Shown here: positions 50,310-60,210 of the stretch, piece after piece | Position numbering within the stretch: position 1 is the first letter of the stretch | Layout of the letters: every line of letters starts with the position of its first letter | From: Escherichia coli | Lineage (GTDB): Bacteria > Pseudomonadota > Gammaproteobacteria > Enterobacterales > Enterobacteriaceae | Assembly: GCF_011045215.1 (NCBI RefSeq) | Contig: NZ_CP049201.1 | Direction: 5' to 3' (one strand) | DNA: 64,000 nucleotides | Position numbers and translations under genes: made by a program | Notes under the pieces: generated by a model | The model's database searches: none | What the model was told of the DNA's origin: nothing | What the model saw: only the letters and a program-made list of their open reading frames with translations

Positions 50310-52748
50310 ATGGCTATCAAAAAAACCGAACTCTATTCTTCCCTGTGGGCAAGCTGCGACGAACTGCGTGGCGGGATGGACGCCAGCCAGTACAAAGACT
50401 ATGTACTGACCCTGCTGTTTATGAAGTACGTTTCCGATAAGTATAAAGGCGATCCTTACGGGATGATCGTGATACCCAAAGGAGCCAGCTTTGACGATAT
50501 GGTTGCGCTGAAAAATGACAAAGAGATCGGCGACAAAATCAACAAAATCATCCACAAGCTGGCGGAAGAGAACGGCCTGAAGGGCGTCATCGACGAAGCC
50601 GACTTTAACGACGAAGATAAGCTCGGCAAAGGCAAGGAAATGATTGACCGCCTGAGCAAGCTTGTCGGTATCTTTGAAGGGTTAAATCTCTCCAGCAACC
50701 GGGCCGAAGGCGACGATCTGCTGGGCGATGCCTATGAATATCTGATGCGTCACTTCGCAACCGAATCCGGTAAGAGTAAAGGGCAGTTTTACACTCCAGC
50801 GGAGGTGTCACGTATTCTGGCGAAGGTGATTGGTATTACTCCCGATACTCCGCAAGATGCAACGGTTTATGACCCAACCTGTGGCTCTGGTTCGCTGCTG
50901 TTGAAAGTGAATGATGAAGCCCGGCGCGGACTGTCGATTTTCGGCCAGGAGATGGATAACGCTACCAGTGCGCTGGCGCGGATGAACATGATTCTGCATA
51001 ACAATGCCACCGCGAAAATCTGGCAGGGCAATACGCTGAGCGATCCGCAGTGGAAAGAGGCGAACGGCAAACTGAAAGCCTTCGATTTTGCCGTGGCGAA
51101 CCCGCCTTTTTCCAATAAAAACTGGACCAACGGGCTGACGCCGAAAAAAGATCCGTTTGAACGCTTCGGCTGGGGTATTCCGCCGGAAAAAAACGGCGAT
51201 TATGCTTTTTTGTTGCATATCATTAAAAGCCTGAAAAGTACCGGCAAAGGCGCGGTGATCCTGCCCCACGGCGTACTGTTTCGCGGTAACGCCGAAGCGA
51301 ATATCCGTGAAAATCTAATCAAGCAGGGCTATATCAAAGGCGTTATTGGTTTGCCAGCCAACCTGTTTTACGGCACCGGCATCCCGGCGTGCATCATTGT
51401 GATTGATAAAGAGCACGCCCACAGCCGCAAAGGCATTTTTATGATCGACGCCAGCCGGGGCTTTATCAAAGATGGCAACAAGAACCGCCTGCGTAGCCGA
51501 GATATTCACCGCATTGTGGACGTGTTCAACCATCAGCGAACGGTACCTGGCTACAGCCGGATGGTGCCCTCCAGCGAGATCGCCGGAAATGATTACAACC
51601 TGAATATTCCTCGCTATATCGAGAGCGGCGAGCCGGAAGATTTACACGATCTGACCGCGCACTTACAGGGCGGTATTCCGGCACGCGATGTGGATGCTTT
51701 GCAAGATTACTGGCGGGTATTCCCTGCCCTGCGCAACGTGCTGTTTGCTGACGACCGTCCCGGTTACTGTCGGGCGCAGGTGAACGCGCAACAGGTGAAA
51801 CCGACCATTCTGGCGCATCAGGAGTTTAAGGATTTTGCCACCCGCAGCCTGCTACCGTTTAAAGCGTGGGTGAAAGAGGCAAGTCTGGAAGAGATTCGCA
51901 AAGGTGATAAACCCAAAGCGCTAATCCACGATATCAGCGAAATGCTATTGGCGCAGTACGCCAACAGTGAGTTGCTGAACAAATACAGCGTGTACCAGAT
52001 CCTGATGGATTACTGGACTGATGTCATGCAAGACGATGTGTATGCGATTATGCAGGATGGCTGGCAAGCCGCCGCGCAAATCCGCGAGCTTCAGCCGGTG
52101 AAAGGCAAAGATGGCAAAAACATCTGGAAAGAAACGCACGATTTCGAGTTTACCAAACGGCGCTACAAGGCCGATGTGCTGCCCCGTTCGCTGGTGGAAA
52201 TTCGCTGTTTCCCGGAACTGCTGGATGCGCTGAACCGCGCGCAGGAGCGCAGTGAAGAAGCCAGTCGTCAGCTAGTGGAATTCATCGAGGAGCAGGCAGG
52301 TGAAGAGGATCTGCTGGCCGAGGCGAAGAACGATAAAGATAAGGTGACGCAAAAGCTGGTGAATGCCCGTCTAGCACAGTTAAAGAAAACCACTGCCGGC
52401 CCAGATGAGCTGGCAGTGCTGAACCGCTGCCTGGCGCTAATTAAGGCCGAAGCCAGTGCGAAAAAAGCGCTGAAAGCCGCACAAGAAGCGCTGGATCGGG
52501 CGGTGTTTAAACATTATCCCACGCTGGATGAAGCAGCGATTAAAACGCTGGTAGTGCAGGATAAGTGGCTGGCAACGTTGCAGGCAGGGATCAAGGCGGA
52601 GATTGAGCGTATTACCCAGCAACTGGCGTCGCGCGTAAAGGAGCTGGAAGAGCGTTATGCTGAACCGTTGCTAGCGCTTGAAGCCTCCGTTGAGGCGTTG
52701 AGCGAGAAAGTGGCCGGGCATTTGCGGGCGATGGGGCTGGAGTGGTGA
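50310..52748 (+). CDS. hsdM: Type I R-M DNA methyltransferase subunit HsdM with a long C-terminal coiled-coil extension
   Basis: 812 aa. AdoMet motif DPTCGSGSLLL and catalytic NPPF (AVANPPFSNKNW). The last ~300 aa are E/K/A/L-rich. Confidence 0.92.
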   Translation: MAIKKTELYSSLWASCDELRGGMDASQYKDYVLTLLFMKYVSDKYKGDPYGMIVIPKGASFDDMVALKNDKEIGDKINKIIHKLAEENGLKGVIDEADFNDEDKLGKGKEMIDRLSKLVGIFEGLNLSSNRAEGDDLLGDAYEYLMRHFATESGKSKGQFYTPAEVSRILAKVIGITPDTPQDATVYDPTCGSGSLLLKVNDEARRGLSIFGQEMDNATSALARMNMILHNNATAKIWQGNTLSDPQWKEANGKLKAFDFAVANPPFSNKNWTNGLTPKKDPFERFGWGIPPEKNGDYAFLLHIIKSLKSTGKGAVILPHGVLFRGNAEANIRENLIKQGYIKGVIGLPANLFYGTGIPACIIVIDKEHAHSRKGIFMIDASRGFIKDGNKNRLRSRDIHRIVDVFNHQRTVPGYSRMVPSSEIAGNDYNLNIPRYIESGEPEDLHDLTAHLQGGIPARDVDALQDYWRVFPALRNVLFADDRPGYCRAQVNAQQVKPTILAHQEFKDFATRSLLPFKAWVKEASLEEIRKGDKPKALIHDISEMLLAQYANSELLNKYSVYQILMDYWTDVMQDDVYAIMQDGWQAAAQIRELQPVKGKDGKNIWKETHDFEFTKRRYKADVLPRSLVEIRCFPELLDALNRAQERSEEASRQLVEFIEEQAGEEDLLAEAKNDKDKVTQKLVNARLAQLKKTTAGPDELAVLNRCLALIKAEASAKKALKAAQEALDRAVFKHYPTLDEAAIKTLVVQDKWLATLQAGIKAEIERITQQLASRVKELEERYAEPLLALEASVEALSEKVAGHLRAMGLEW

Positions 52749-54088
52749 TGGTGGATTTAATGGTGAATGAGCAACGGTCGAGTACGGCGGGGAAAGATGT
52801 GCCTGCGGGGTATAAACTGACTGAGGTGGGCGTGATTCCTGAGGATTGGGATTGCGTACCATTTGGTAATCTGTTTAAAACAAACACAAAGAAAAAAAAA
52901 GTCAGCGATTATGAGCTAGTTTCATTTATTGGGATGCAGGATGTTAGTGAAGATGCACAATTAAAAAATAATACTCAACTTCCTTTTAAAGAAGTTAAAA
53001 GTGGTTTTACTTACTTTGAAAAAGGGGATGTTTTATTAGCTAAAATAACCCCTTGTTTTGAAAATGGAAAAGGATGTCATACCGCTGATTTACCTACTAA
53101 TGTAGGTTTTGGGAGTACGGAATTTCATGTATTAAGGGAAAATGAAGACTCCGATTCTCGCTTCATCTATTTTTGGACAACTGATAAAAAATTCAGAGCA
53201 TCACTGGAATCTGAAATGGTGGGAAGTGCGGGACACCGTCGTGTGCCGCTAGTTGCTATAGAAAAATATTTGATTCCATGTCCCCCAAATTTGCAAGAGC
53301 AAAGTGCTATTGCTGATTCATTATCTGATATTAATAATTTTATTCTAGCTCTAGAAAAGCTTATCGTTAAAAAACAAGCCATTAAAACCGCTACTATGCA
53401 GCAACTACTGACGGGTAAAACCCGTTTGCCACAGTTTGCGTTACGCAAAGATGGCTCTGCTAAGGGATATAAAAAGAGCGAGTTGGGGGCGATTCCTGAA
53501 GATTGGGTAGTCACAAGCATTGGACAATTTACTGACTGCTGTGCTGGTGGAACTCCGAGTACTAAAATTTCAGCATATTGGGGAGGAACTCATCCTTGGA
53601 TGAGTTCCGGCGAATTACACTTAAAACAAGTGTATGCTGTAGCCGATTATATAACCGACGAAGGGCTTGTTAACTCCAGTACAAAGTATGTGCCTAAAAA
53701 TTCTGTATTAGTCGGATTGGCAGGACAAGGAAAGACTCGAGGGACTGTAGCAATTAATCGCATTGAATTATGTACTAATCAGTCTATTGCTGCGATTTTC
53801 CCCAGCAAACATCATTCCACAGAATTCCTGTTCTATAACCTCGACAGTCGTTATGAGGAACTGAGAAGTTTATCTACTGGTGATGGGGGGCGTGGTGGGT
53901 TGAATCTTACTATTATCAGGAAATTACATCTTGCATTTCCGCCAAAAGAAGAACAAGCCGCCATCGCCGCCATCCTCTCCGATATGGACAAGGAAATCCA
54001 GATCCTGCAACAGCGTCTGGACAAAACCCGCCAGCTTAAGCAAGGGATGATGCAGGAACTGTTAACCGGGAAAATCCGCTTAATATAG
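52748..54088 (+). CDS. hsdS: Type I R-M specificity subunit HsdS
   Basis: Two TRDs, each opened by ..IPEDW..., and two conserved helices ending QQLLTGKTRLP / QELLTGKIRL. ATG 52748 overlaps the hsdM TGA. An in-frame GTG at 52742 is an alternative start. Confidence 0.92.
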   Translation: MVDLMVNEQRSSTAGKDVPAGYKLTEVGVIPEDWDCVPFGNLFKTNTKKKKVSDYELVSFIGMQDVSEDAQLKNNTQLPFKEVKSGFTYFEKGDVLLAKITPCFENGKGCHTADLPTNVGFGSTEFHVLRENEDSDSRFIYFWTTDKKFRASLESEMVGSAGHRRVPLVAIEKYLIPCPPNLQEQSAIADSLSDINNFILALEKLIVKKQAIKTATMQQLLTGKTRLPQFALRKDGSAKGYKKSELGAIPEDWVVTSIGQFTDCCAGGTPSTKISAYWGGTHPWMSSGELHLKQVYAVADYITDEGLVNSSTKYVPKNSVLVGLAGQGKTRGTVAINRIELCTNQSIAAIFPSKHHSTEFLFYNLDSRYEELRSLSTGDGGRGGLNLTIIRKLHLAFPPKEEQAAIAAILSDMDKEIQILQQRLDKTRQLKQGMMQELLTGKIRLI

Positions 54089-54100
54089 AAGGGAAAGCAC

Positions 54101-54757
54101 ATGGCTTATGATTACAGCGCCAGCCTCAACCCGCAAAAAGCTCTGATCTGGCGTATCGTCCATCGGGACAATATCCCGTGGATTCTGGATAACGGGCTGC
54201 ACTGCGGCAACAGTCTGGTGCAGGCGGAAAACTGGATCAATATCGGCAACCCGGAGCTGATCGGCAAGCGTGCCGGGCATCCGGTACCTGTCGGAACGGG
54301 CGGGACACTGCATGACTATGTGCCGTTTTATTTTACCCCCTTCTCGCCAATGCTGATGAACATCCACAGCGGGCGCGGCGGCATTAAGCAACGCCCCAAT
54401 GAGGAGATCGTTATTCTGGTCAGCAACTTGCGGAACGTGGCAGCACACGACGTGCCCTTCGTGTTTACCGACAGCCATGCTTACTATAACTGGACCAACT
54501 ACTACACCAGTCTGAATAGTCTGGACCAGATCGACTGGCCCATTTTGCAGGCACGGGACTTTCGCCGCGATCCAGACGATCCGGCTAAATTTGAACGCTA
54601 TCAGGCAGAGGCGCTAATCTGGCAACACTGCCCGATCTCTCTGCTGGATGGGATAATTTGTTACAGCGAAGAGGTCAGGTTACAATTAGAGCAATGGCTG
54701 TTTCAGCGTAATCTAACAATGTCCGTTCACACACGGGCTGGATGGTACTTCTCATGA
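54101..54757 (+). CDS. darT: DarT-like (DUF4433) DNA ADP-ribosyltransferase toxin
   Basis: 218 aa. Motifs [29 protein letters not shown] and YQAEALIW, ending AGWYFS. These closely parallel DarT as I remember it. Confidence 0.85.
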
Positions 54758-55821
54758 TCACATATACACAAGGCAATTTACTGGACGCACCGGTGGAAGC
54801 TCTGGTGAATACGGTTAATACCGTCGGTGTCATGGGGAAAGGCATCGCGTTGATGTTTAAAGAGCGCTTCCCCGAAAATATGAAAGTCTATGCCCTCGCT
54901 TGCAAACAAAAGCAGGTGATCACCGGCAAAATGTTCATTACCGAAACCGGGGAACTGATGGGACCGCGCTGGATTGTTAATTTTCCGACCAAACAGCACT
55001 GGCGCGCTGATTCCCGCATGGAGTGGATTGAAGATGGCTTGCAGGACTTACGCCGCTTTTTGATTGAAGAGAACGTGCAGTCCATCGCCATTCCACCACT
55101 GGGCGCAGGCAACGGTGGTTTGAACTGGCCGGACGTTCGGGCGCAGATTGAATCTGCCCTTGGCGACCTTCAGGACGTTGATATCCTGATTTACCAACCG
55201 ACTGAAAAATACCAGAACGTTGCCAAAAGCACTGGCGTAAAAAAGCTCACTCCCGCCAGAGCCGCCATCGCTGAACTGGTGCGTCGCTACTGGGTATTGG
55301 GGATGGAGTGCAGCCTACTGGAAATCCAGAAACTGGCCTGGCTGTTACAACGCGCCATTGAGCAGCATCAACAGGACGATATCCTCAAACTGCGGTTTGA
55401 AGCTCACTATTATGGCCCCTATGCGCCCAATCTGAACCATCTGCTTAATGCGCTGGACGGCACCTATCTAAAAGCCGAGAAACGCATCCCGGACAGCCAA
55501 CCGCTGGATGTGATCTGGTTTAACGATCAAAAAAAAGAACACGTTAATGCGTATCTGAACAACGAAGCCAGAGAGTGGCTACCTGCGCTGGAGCAGGTCA
55601 GCCAGTTAATTGACGGCTTTGAATCGCCGTTTGGTCTGGAGTTGCTGGCAACCGTAGACTGGTTGCTGAGCCGTGGCGAATGTCAACCAACGCTGGATTC
55701 CGTTAAGGAAGGACTGCACCAGTGGCCTGCGGGCGAACGCTGGGCCAGCCGTAAGTTGAGGCTGTTTGATAATAATAATCTGCAATTTGCCATTAACCGC
55801 GTAATGGAGTTCCATTGCTGA
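54754..55821 (+). CDS. darG: DarG-like macrodomain antitoxin (ADP-ribosyl-DNA glycohydrolase)
   Basis: 355 aa from [40 protein letters not shown] (macrodomain) plus a C-terminal domain. Its ATG overlaps the darT stop as ATGA. Confidence 0.85.
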
Positions 55822-55839
55822 GGGTTTAAGGAGCGCCTT

Positions 55840-58800
55840 TTGAGTACCGTGGGCCAGCGCGAACGCGCCACACAGCAGCGTCTGATTCAGTTTTTTGTTG
55901 AAGATTTAGGATACCGCCATCTGAGTCACCGCACCGGGTACACCGGGAACAGCAACATCGACACTAATATACTGAGCGCGTGGCTAAAACGGCGCGGCGT
56001 TAATGATACGTTGATCACCCGGGCGTTGCGGCAACTGGATTCCGCCGCCGCCCTGGGCGAAGGCAAAAAACTCTATTACGCCAATAAAGAGGTCTATCGC
56101 CTGCTGCGTTACGGCGTGAAAGACAAAGAAGGTGCAGGCGAGCAGAACCAAACCGTGTGGCTGATTGACTGGGCCAACCCACAAGCCAATGATTTCGCCA
56201 TCGCCGATGAGGTGACGGTCAAAGGCGAGTACTGCAAGCGCCCGGATCTGGTGCTGTACGTTAACGGCATTGCGCTGGGCGTGATTGAACTTAAGCGTTC
56301 GTCAGTGCACGTCAGCGAAGGTATCCGGCAGAATCTCGATAATCAAAAGAAAACCTTTATCCGCGATTTCTTCACCACTATGCAGTTAGTGATGGCAGGC
56401 AACGATACGCAGGGCCTGCGCTACGGCACCATCGAAACCCCGGAAAAATACTATCTGGAGTGGAAAGAAGATAATCCAGGCGACTATACACATAAACTCG
56501 ACTTTCATTTAAGTCGTCTGTGTAGCAAATCCAGGCTGTTGGATATCGTCCATAATTACATTGTCTTTGATGTCGGGGTGAAAAAACTCTGCCGCCATAA
56601 TCAGTTCTTCGGCGTCGAGGCGGCTAAGCAACATATTGCCCGTCGTGAAGGCGGTATTATCTGGCACACACAGGGATCGGGTAAAAGCCTGACGATGGTC
56701 TGGCTGGCGAAGTGGATCCGTGAAAATGTGCCAAACTCCCGCGTGTTGATTGTGACTGACCGCACCGAACTGGATGAACAGATCGAAAGCGTGTTTATGG
56801 GCGTGAATGAAGATATTTATCGCACCTCCAGCGGCAACGATCTTATCGCAACGCTCAATCATCCTAACCCGTGGCTTATTTGCTCGCTGGTGCATAAATT
56901 TGGTTGTCGCAGCGAAGCTGAAGACAATGCGGCTACCGACGCCTTTATCACCGAATTACAGCAGTCCCTGACGAAAACATTCCGCGCCAAAGGCGATCTG
57001 TTTGTTTTTGTGGACGAGTGCCACCGCACACAATCCGGCAAGCTGCATAACGCCATGACTGCCATTCTGCCGGACGCCCTGTTTATCGGTTTTACCGGCA
57101 CACCGCTGATGAAGAAAGATAAGAAGAAGTCGGTTGAGGTGTTCGGCCCTTATATCCATACCTATAAATTTGATGAAGCGGTGGCCGACGGTGTGGTGCT
57201 GGATCTGCGCTACGAGGCGCGCGATATTGACCAGTATCTGACATCAGAGAAAAAGGTCGATGACTGGTTTGAAGCCAAGACTCGCGGTTTGTCGAATTTA
57301 GCCAGGACCCAGCTTAAGCAAAAGTGGGGATCAATGCAGAAGCTGCTCTCCAGCAAGTCGCGGCTGGAGCAGATCGTTAACGACATTTTGCTGGATATGG
57401 ATACCCGTCCACGCCTGATGGACGGGCGCGGCAACGCCATGCTGGTATGCAGCAGTATCTATCAAGCCTGCAAGGTTTACGAGATGTTCAGCCAGACCGA
57501 GCTGGCAGGAAAAGTAGCGATTGTGACCAGCTATCGCCCCGATGCCGCCAGCATCAAAGGCGAAGAAACGGGCGAAGGGTTAACGGAGAAACTCTCTAAA
57601 CACGCCACCTATCGTAAAATGTTGGCTGACTATTTTGAACAAAGTGAAGAGAAGGCCGCCGCACGCATTACCGAGTTCGAGCGGGAAGTGAAACAACGTT
57701 TTATTGAAGAGCCGGGGCAAATGCGCCTGCTTATCGTGGTGGACAAGCTGTTGACTGGCTTTGACGCGCCGTCCGCCACCTATCTCTACATTGATAAAAC
57801 CATGACCGACCATACGCTGTTTCAGGCGATTTGTCGGGTGAACCGGCTGGACGGTGAGGATAAAGAGTATGGCTATATTATCGATTATAAAGATCTGTTC
57901 CGTTCGCTGGATAAAGCGATTACCGATTACACCACGGGCGCGTTTGATGATTACGATCGGGACGATGTGGCCGGGTTGCTGAAAGACAGGCTGGAGCAGG
58001 CGCAACTGGATCTCGACAGCGCGCTGGAGATGGTTCGCAGCTTATGTGAGCCCGTCAAAACCCCGCGCAGCCTGCAGGACTATCAGCACTATTTTTGCGG
58101 TAAATCAGGAGAGAATCAGACTTCGTTAAACGAAAAAGAGGCGCTGCGCCTGACATTTTACCAGTGCGTCGCCCGTCTGCTACGCGCTTATGCCAGCATC
58201 GCCAATGAAATGCCGGAAGCAGGCTACACTGCCGAAGAGGTAGAGAGCATTCGCGCCGAAGTCGCTGAATTCGAAAAACTGCGCTATGAGATTAAGCTGA
58301 CCAGCGGCGATCTTCTGGATATGAAGCGCTTTGAACCCGCTATGCGTCATTTACTGGATATGTATGTTCGCGCCGATGGTAGCGAAGTGCTGATGGATTT
58401 TGAAGAGTTAAGTCTGATTGAACTGATTGTCGAGAAAGGCTTGGCGGCGACCGTCGCCCTGCCGGATGATATCCGTAATAATCAGGATGCGATGGCGGAA
58501 ACCATCGAAAACAACGTGCGCAAAACCATCGTGGATGAAAACCCGGTTAACCCAAAATACTATGGACGCATGTCGCAGCTGCTGGATGAACTGATTACCC
58601 TTCGCCGACAAAATGCGCTCAATTATCAGCAGTATCTGGAACGTATCCGCGATTTGTGTAAACAGGTCATCCGCCCGGAGCAAACCGCCGGAGCGTGCTA
58701 CCCTGCCACCATGGATACACAAGCAAAGCGCGCCTTCTATGACAACTTCGGCCACGACGAGGTACTGGCGACCCGCATAGATACGACAATTCGCTATACC

Positions 58801-58935
58801 AAAAGGGCAGAGTGGATTGGCGATCGTTTTAAAGAACGGGAAATTGCCAACGCATTACGTGAAGAGACCGCCAGCTATAATATTGATATTGATGAGGTGA
58901 TAGCGCTTGCCCGTCAGCAGAAGGAATATCACTGA
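55840..58935 (+). CDS. hsdR: Type I R-M restriction/translocase subunit HsdR
   Basis: 1031 aa. PD-(D/E)xK nuclease RPDLVLYVNGIALGVIELK, helicase motif I HTQGSGKSLTM and motif II FVDECHRTQ. TTG start preceded by AAGGAG. Confidence 0.93.
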   Translation: MSTVGQRERATQQRLIQFFVEDLGYRHLSHRTGYTGNSNIDTNILSAWLKRRGVNDTLITRALRQLDSAAALGEGKKLYYANKEVYRLLRYGVKDKEGAGEQNQTVWLIDWANPQANDFAIADEVTVKGEYCKRPDLVLYVNGIALGVIELKRSSVHVSEGIRQNLDNQKKTFIRDFFTTMQLVMAGNDTQGLRYGTIETPEKYYLEWKEDNPGDYTHKLDFHLSRLCSKSRLLDIVHNYIVFDVGVKKLCRHNQFFGVEAAKQHIARREGGIIWHTQGSGKSLTMVWLAKWIRENVPNSRVLIVTDRTELDEQIESVFMGVNEDIYRTSSGNDLIATLNHPNPWLICSLVHKFGCRSEAEDNAATDAFITELQQSLTKTFRAKGDLFVFVDECHRTQSGKLHNAMTAILPDALFIGFTGTPLMKKDKKKSVEVFGPYIHTYKFDEAVADGVVLDLRYEARDIDQYLTSEKKVDDWFEAKTRGLSNLARTQLKQKWGSMQKLLSSKSRLEQIVNDILLDMDTRPRLMDGRGNAMLVCSSIYQACKVYEMFSQTELAGKVAIVTSYRPDAASIKGEETGEGLTEKLSKHATYRKMLADYFEQSEEKAAARITEFEREVKQRFIEEPGQMRLLIVVDKLLTGFDAPSATYLYIDKTMTDHTLFQAICRVNRLDGEDKEYGYIIDYKDLFRSLDKAITDYTTGAFDDYDRDDVAGLLKDRLEQAQLDLDSALEMVRSLCEPVKTPRSLQDYQHYFCGKSGENQTSLNEKEALRLTFYQCVARLLRAYASIANEMPEAGYTAEEVESIRAEVAEFEKLRYEIKLTSGDLLDMKRFEPAMRHLLDMYVRADGSEVLMDFEELSLIELIVEKGLAATVALPDDIRNNQDAMAETIENNVRKTIVDENPVNPKYYGRMSQLLDELITLRRQNALNYQQYLERIRDLCKQVIRPEQTAGACYPATMDTQAKRAFYDNFGHDEVLATRIDTTIRYTKRAEWIGDRFKEREIANALREETASYNIDIDEVIALARQQKEYH

Positions 58936-59651
58936 TGCCAATCATGCAAATAGGCTCGTTACACTTGCTGGTCAACCGTAAGGCGATTAAGAATCTGCAT
59001 ATCAGCGTGCTGCCGCCTGATGGCAAAGTCCGCGTTTCAGCGCCGGAACATATGACGGAGACGGCGATTCGTATGGCGGTTGCTTCACGCTTTCGCTGGA
59101 TCAGAAAACAGCAGCAGGATTTCGCCAGACAGCCTCGTCAATCAGAGAGGGAAATGGTCAGCGGAGAGTGCCACTATCTTTGGGGCCGAAGATATCGCCT
59201 ACTTGTGATTGAGCGTCACGGGCGTCACGAAGTAAAAGTTGCGGGAAATAATAAGCTCCAGCTTTATGTTCAACCGGGAACCCGTGATGAAAATAAGGCA
59301 TTGGCGTTAAGTGAATTTTATCGACATGAACTAAAACAGCAGGTGGCTAAGCTTCTACCTGAATGGCAAGACCGAATCGGTGTTCCCCTAACATTCTGGG
59401 GCATCAAAAAGATGAAAACCTTTTGGGGCACCTGTAACACTACAACAAAACGAATCTGGCTCAATCTGGAGCTAATTAAGAAGCCGCCGGAGTGTCTGGA
59501 GTATATTCTGGTGCATGAACTGGTTCATCTTCTGGAACGTCACCATAATGCTCGCTTCCGGTTGCATATGGATCGGTTTATTCCTGACTGGCGTGAGCGT
59601 CGGGATTTGTTAAATAATATGCCGTTAGCGTTTGAGGCATGGGAGTATTGA
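58935..59651 (+). CDS. M48/DUF45 (YgjP-like) zinc metallopeptidase
   Basis: 238 aa with HEXXH in ILVHELVHLLERHHN. Its ATG overlaps the hsdR TGA (TGATG). Confidence 0.85.
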   Translation: MPIMQIGSLHLLVNRKAIKNLHISVLPPDGKVRVSAPEHMTETAIRMAVASRFRWIRKQQQDFARQPRQSEREMVSGECHYLWGRRYRLLVIERHGRHEVKVAGNNKLQLYVQPGTRDENKALALSEFYRHELKQQVAKLLPEWQDRIGVPLTFWGIKKMKTFWGTCNTTTKRIWLNLELIKKPPECLEYILVHELVHLLERHHNARFRLHMDRFIPDWRERRDLLNNMPLAFEAWEY

Positions 59652-60184
59652 TTGAGCCTGTAACTGTTTTTTGTCCATAAATTAACCTTCATTTGATGCT
59701 GGATAGAACATATCAAAATCAGACAATTACACAAATCTATGTACAGGCTCAACTCCTGCCATGGAACGTAGTACTCACCAATAAGTAAGCATCAATACGG
59801 CGCTCCGTTAACGCTTACTAGCATGGTTATCTCCTTAAAAAATTGAGGCGACAACTATGCTGACACAGGGGGTTACTCACCGATCTCCTTCACGGTAATA
59901 CGCAGTTCTTCAGAACCCGCCTCCGATACCAGCCTGGCGGTCGCCCCGGCGCAAGCAAAATAAATCGACCATTGTCAGACTGCGATCGTTCGGATGCCCC
60001 GCCACCGACGCATCAGTATGAGTTAACCGAAACGATACAAAATTGCCTGAGAATCATTACGCTGGCTGATGGAAGGCACACCAAAAGCCTCTGCACAGAA
60101 CGATGTTCGGCAACAACAGAAACATGATTGCGTTCATGGCAATAGTCATTCGTACCGTTACAGGCGGTATTGATTTATTACAGA

Positions 60185-60210
60185 CAAGCGGTACATATAT
60201 GTACCGCTTG
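60185..60210. repeat. Perfect 26-bp palindrome
   Basis: CAAGCGGTACATA|TATGTACCGCTTG, 50 bp downstream of the minus-strand OMP gene stop. No clear T-run on either strand. Confidence 0.6.

Noticed and set aside
50808-51269. 153-aa minus-strand ORF within hsdM
   Set aside because: It lies antisense to the methylase catalytic region (NPPF) and is a shadow ORF.
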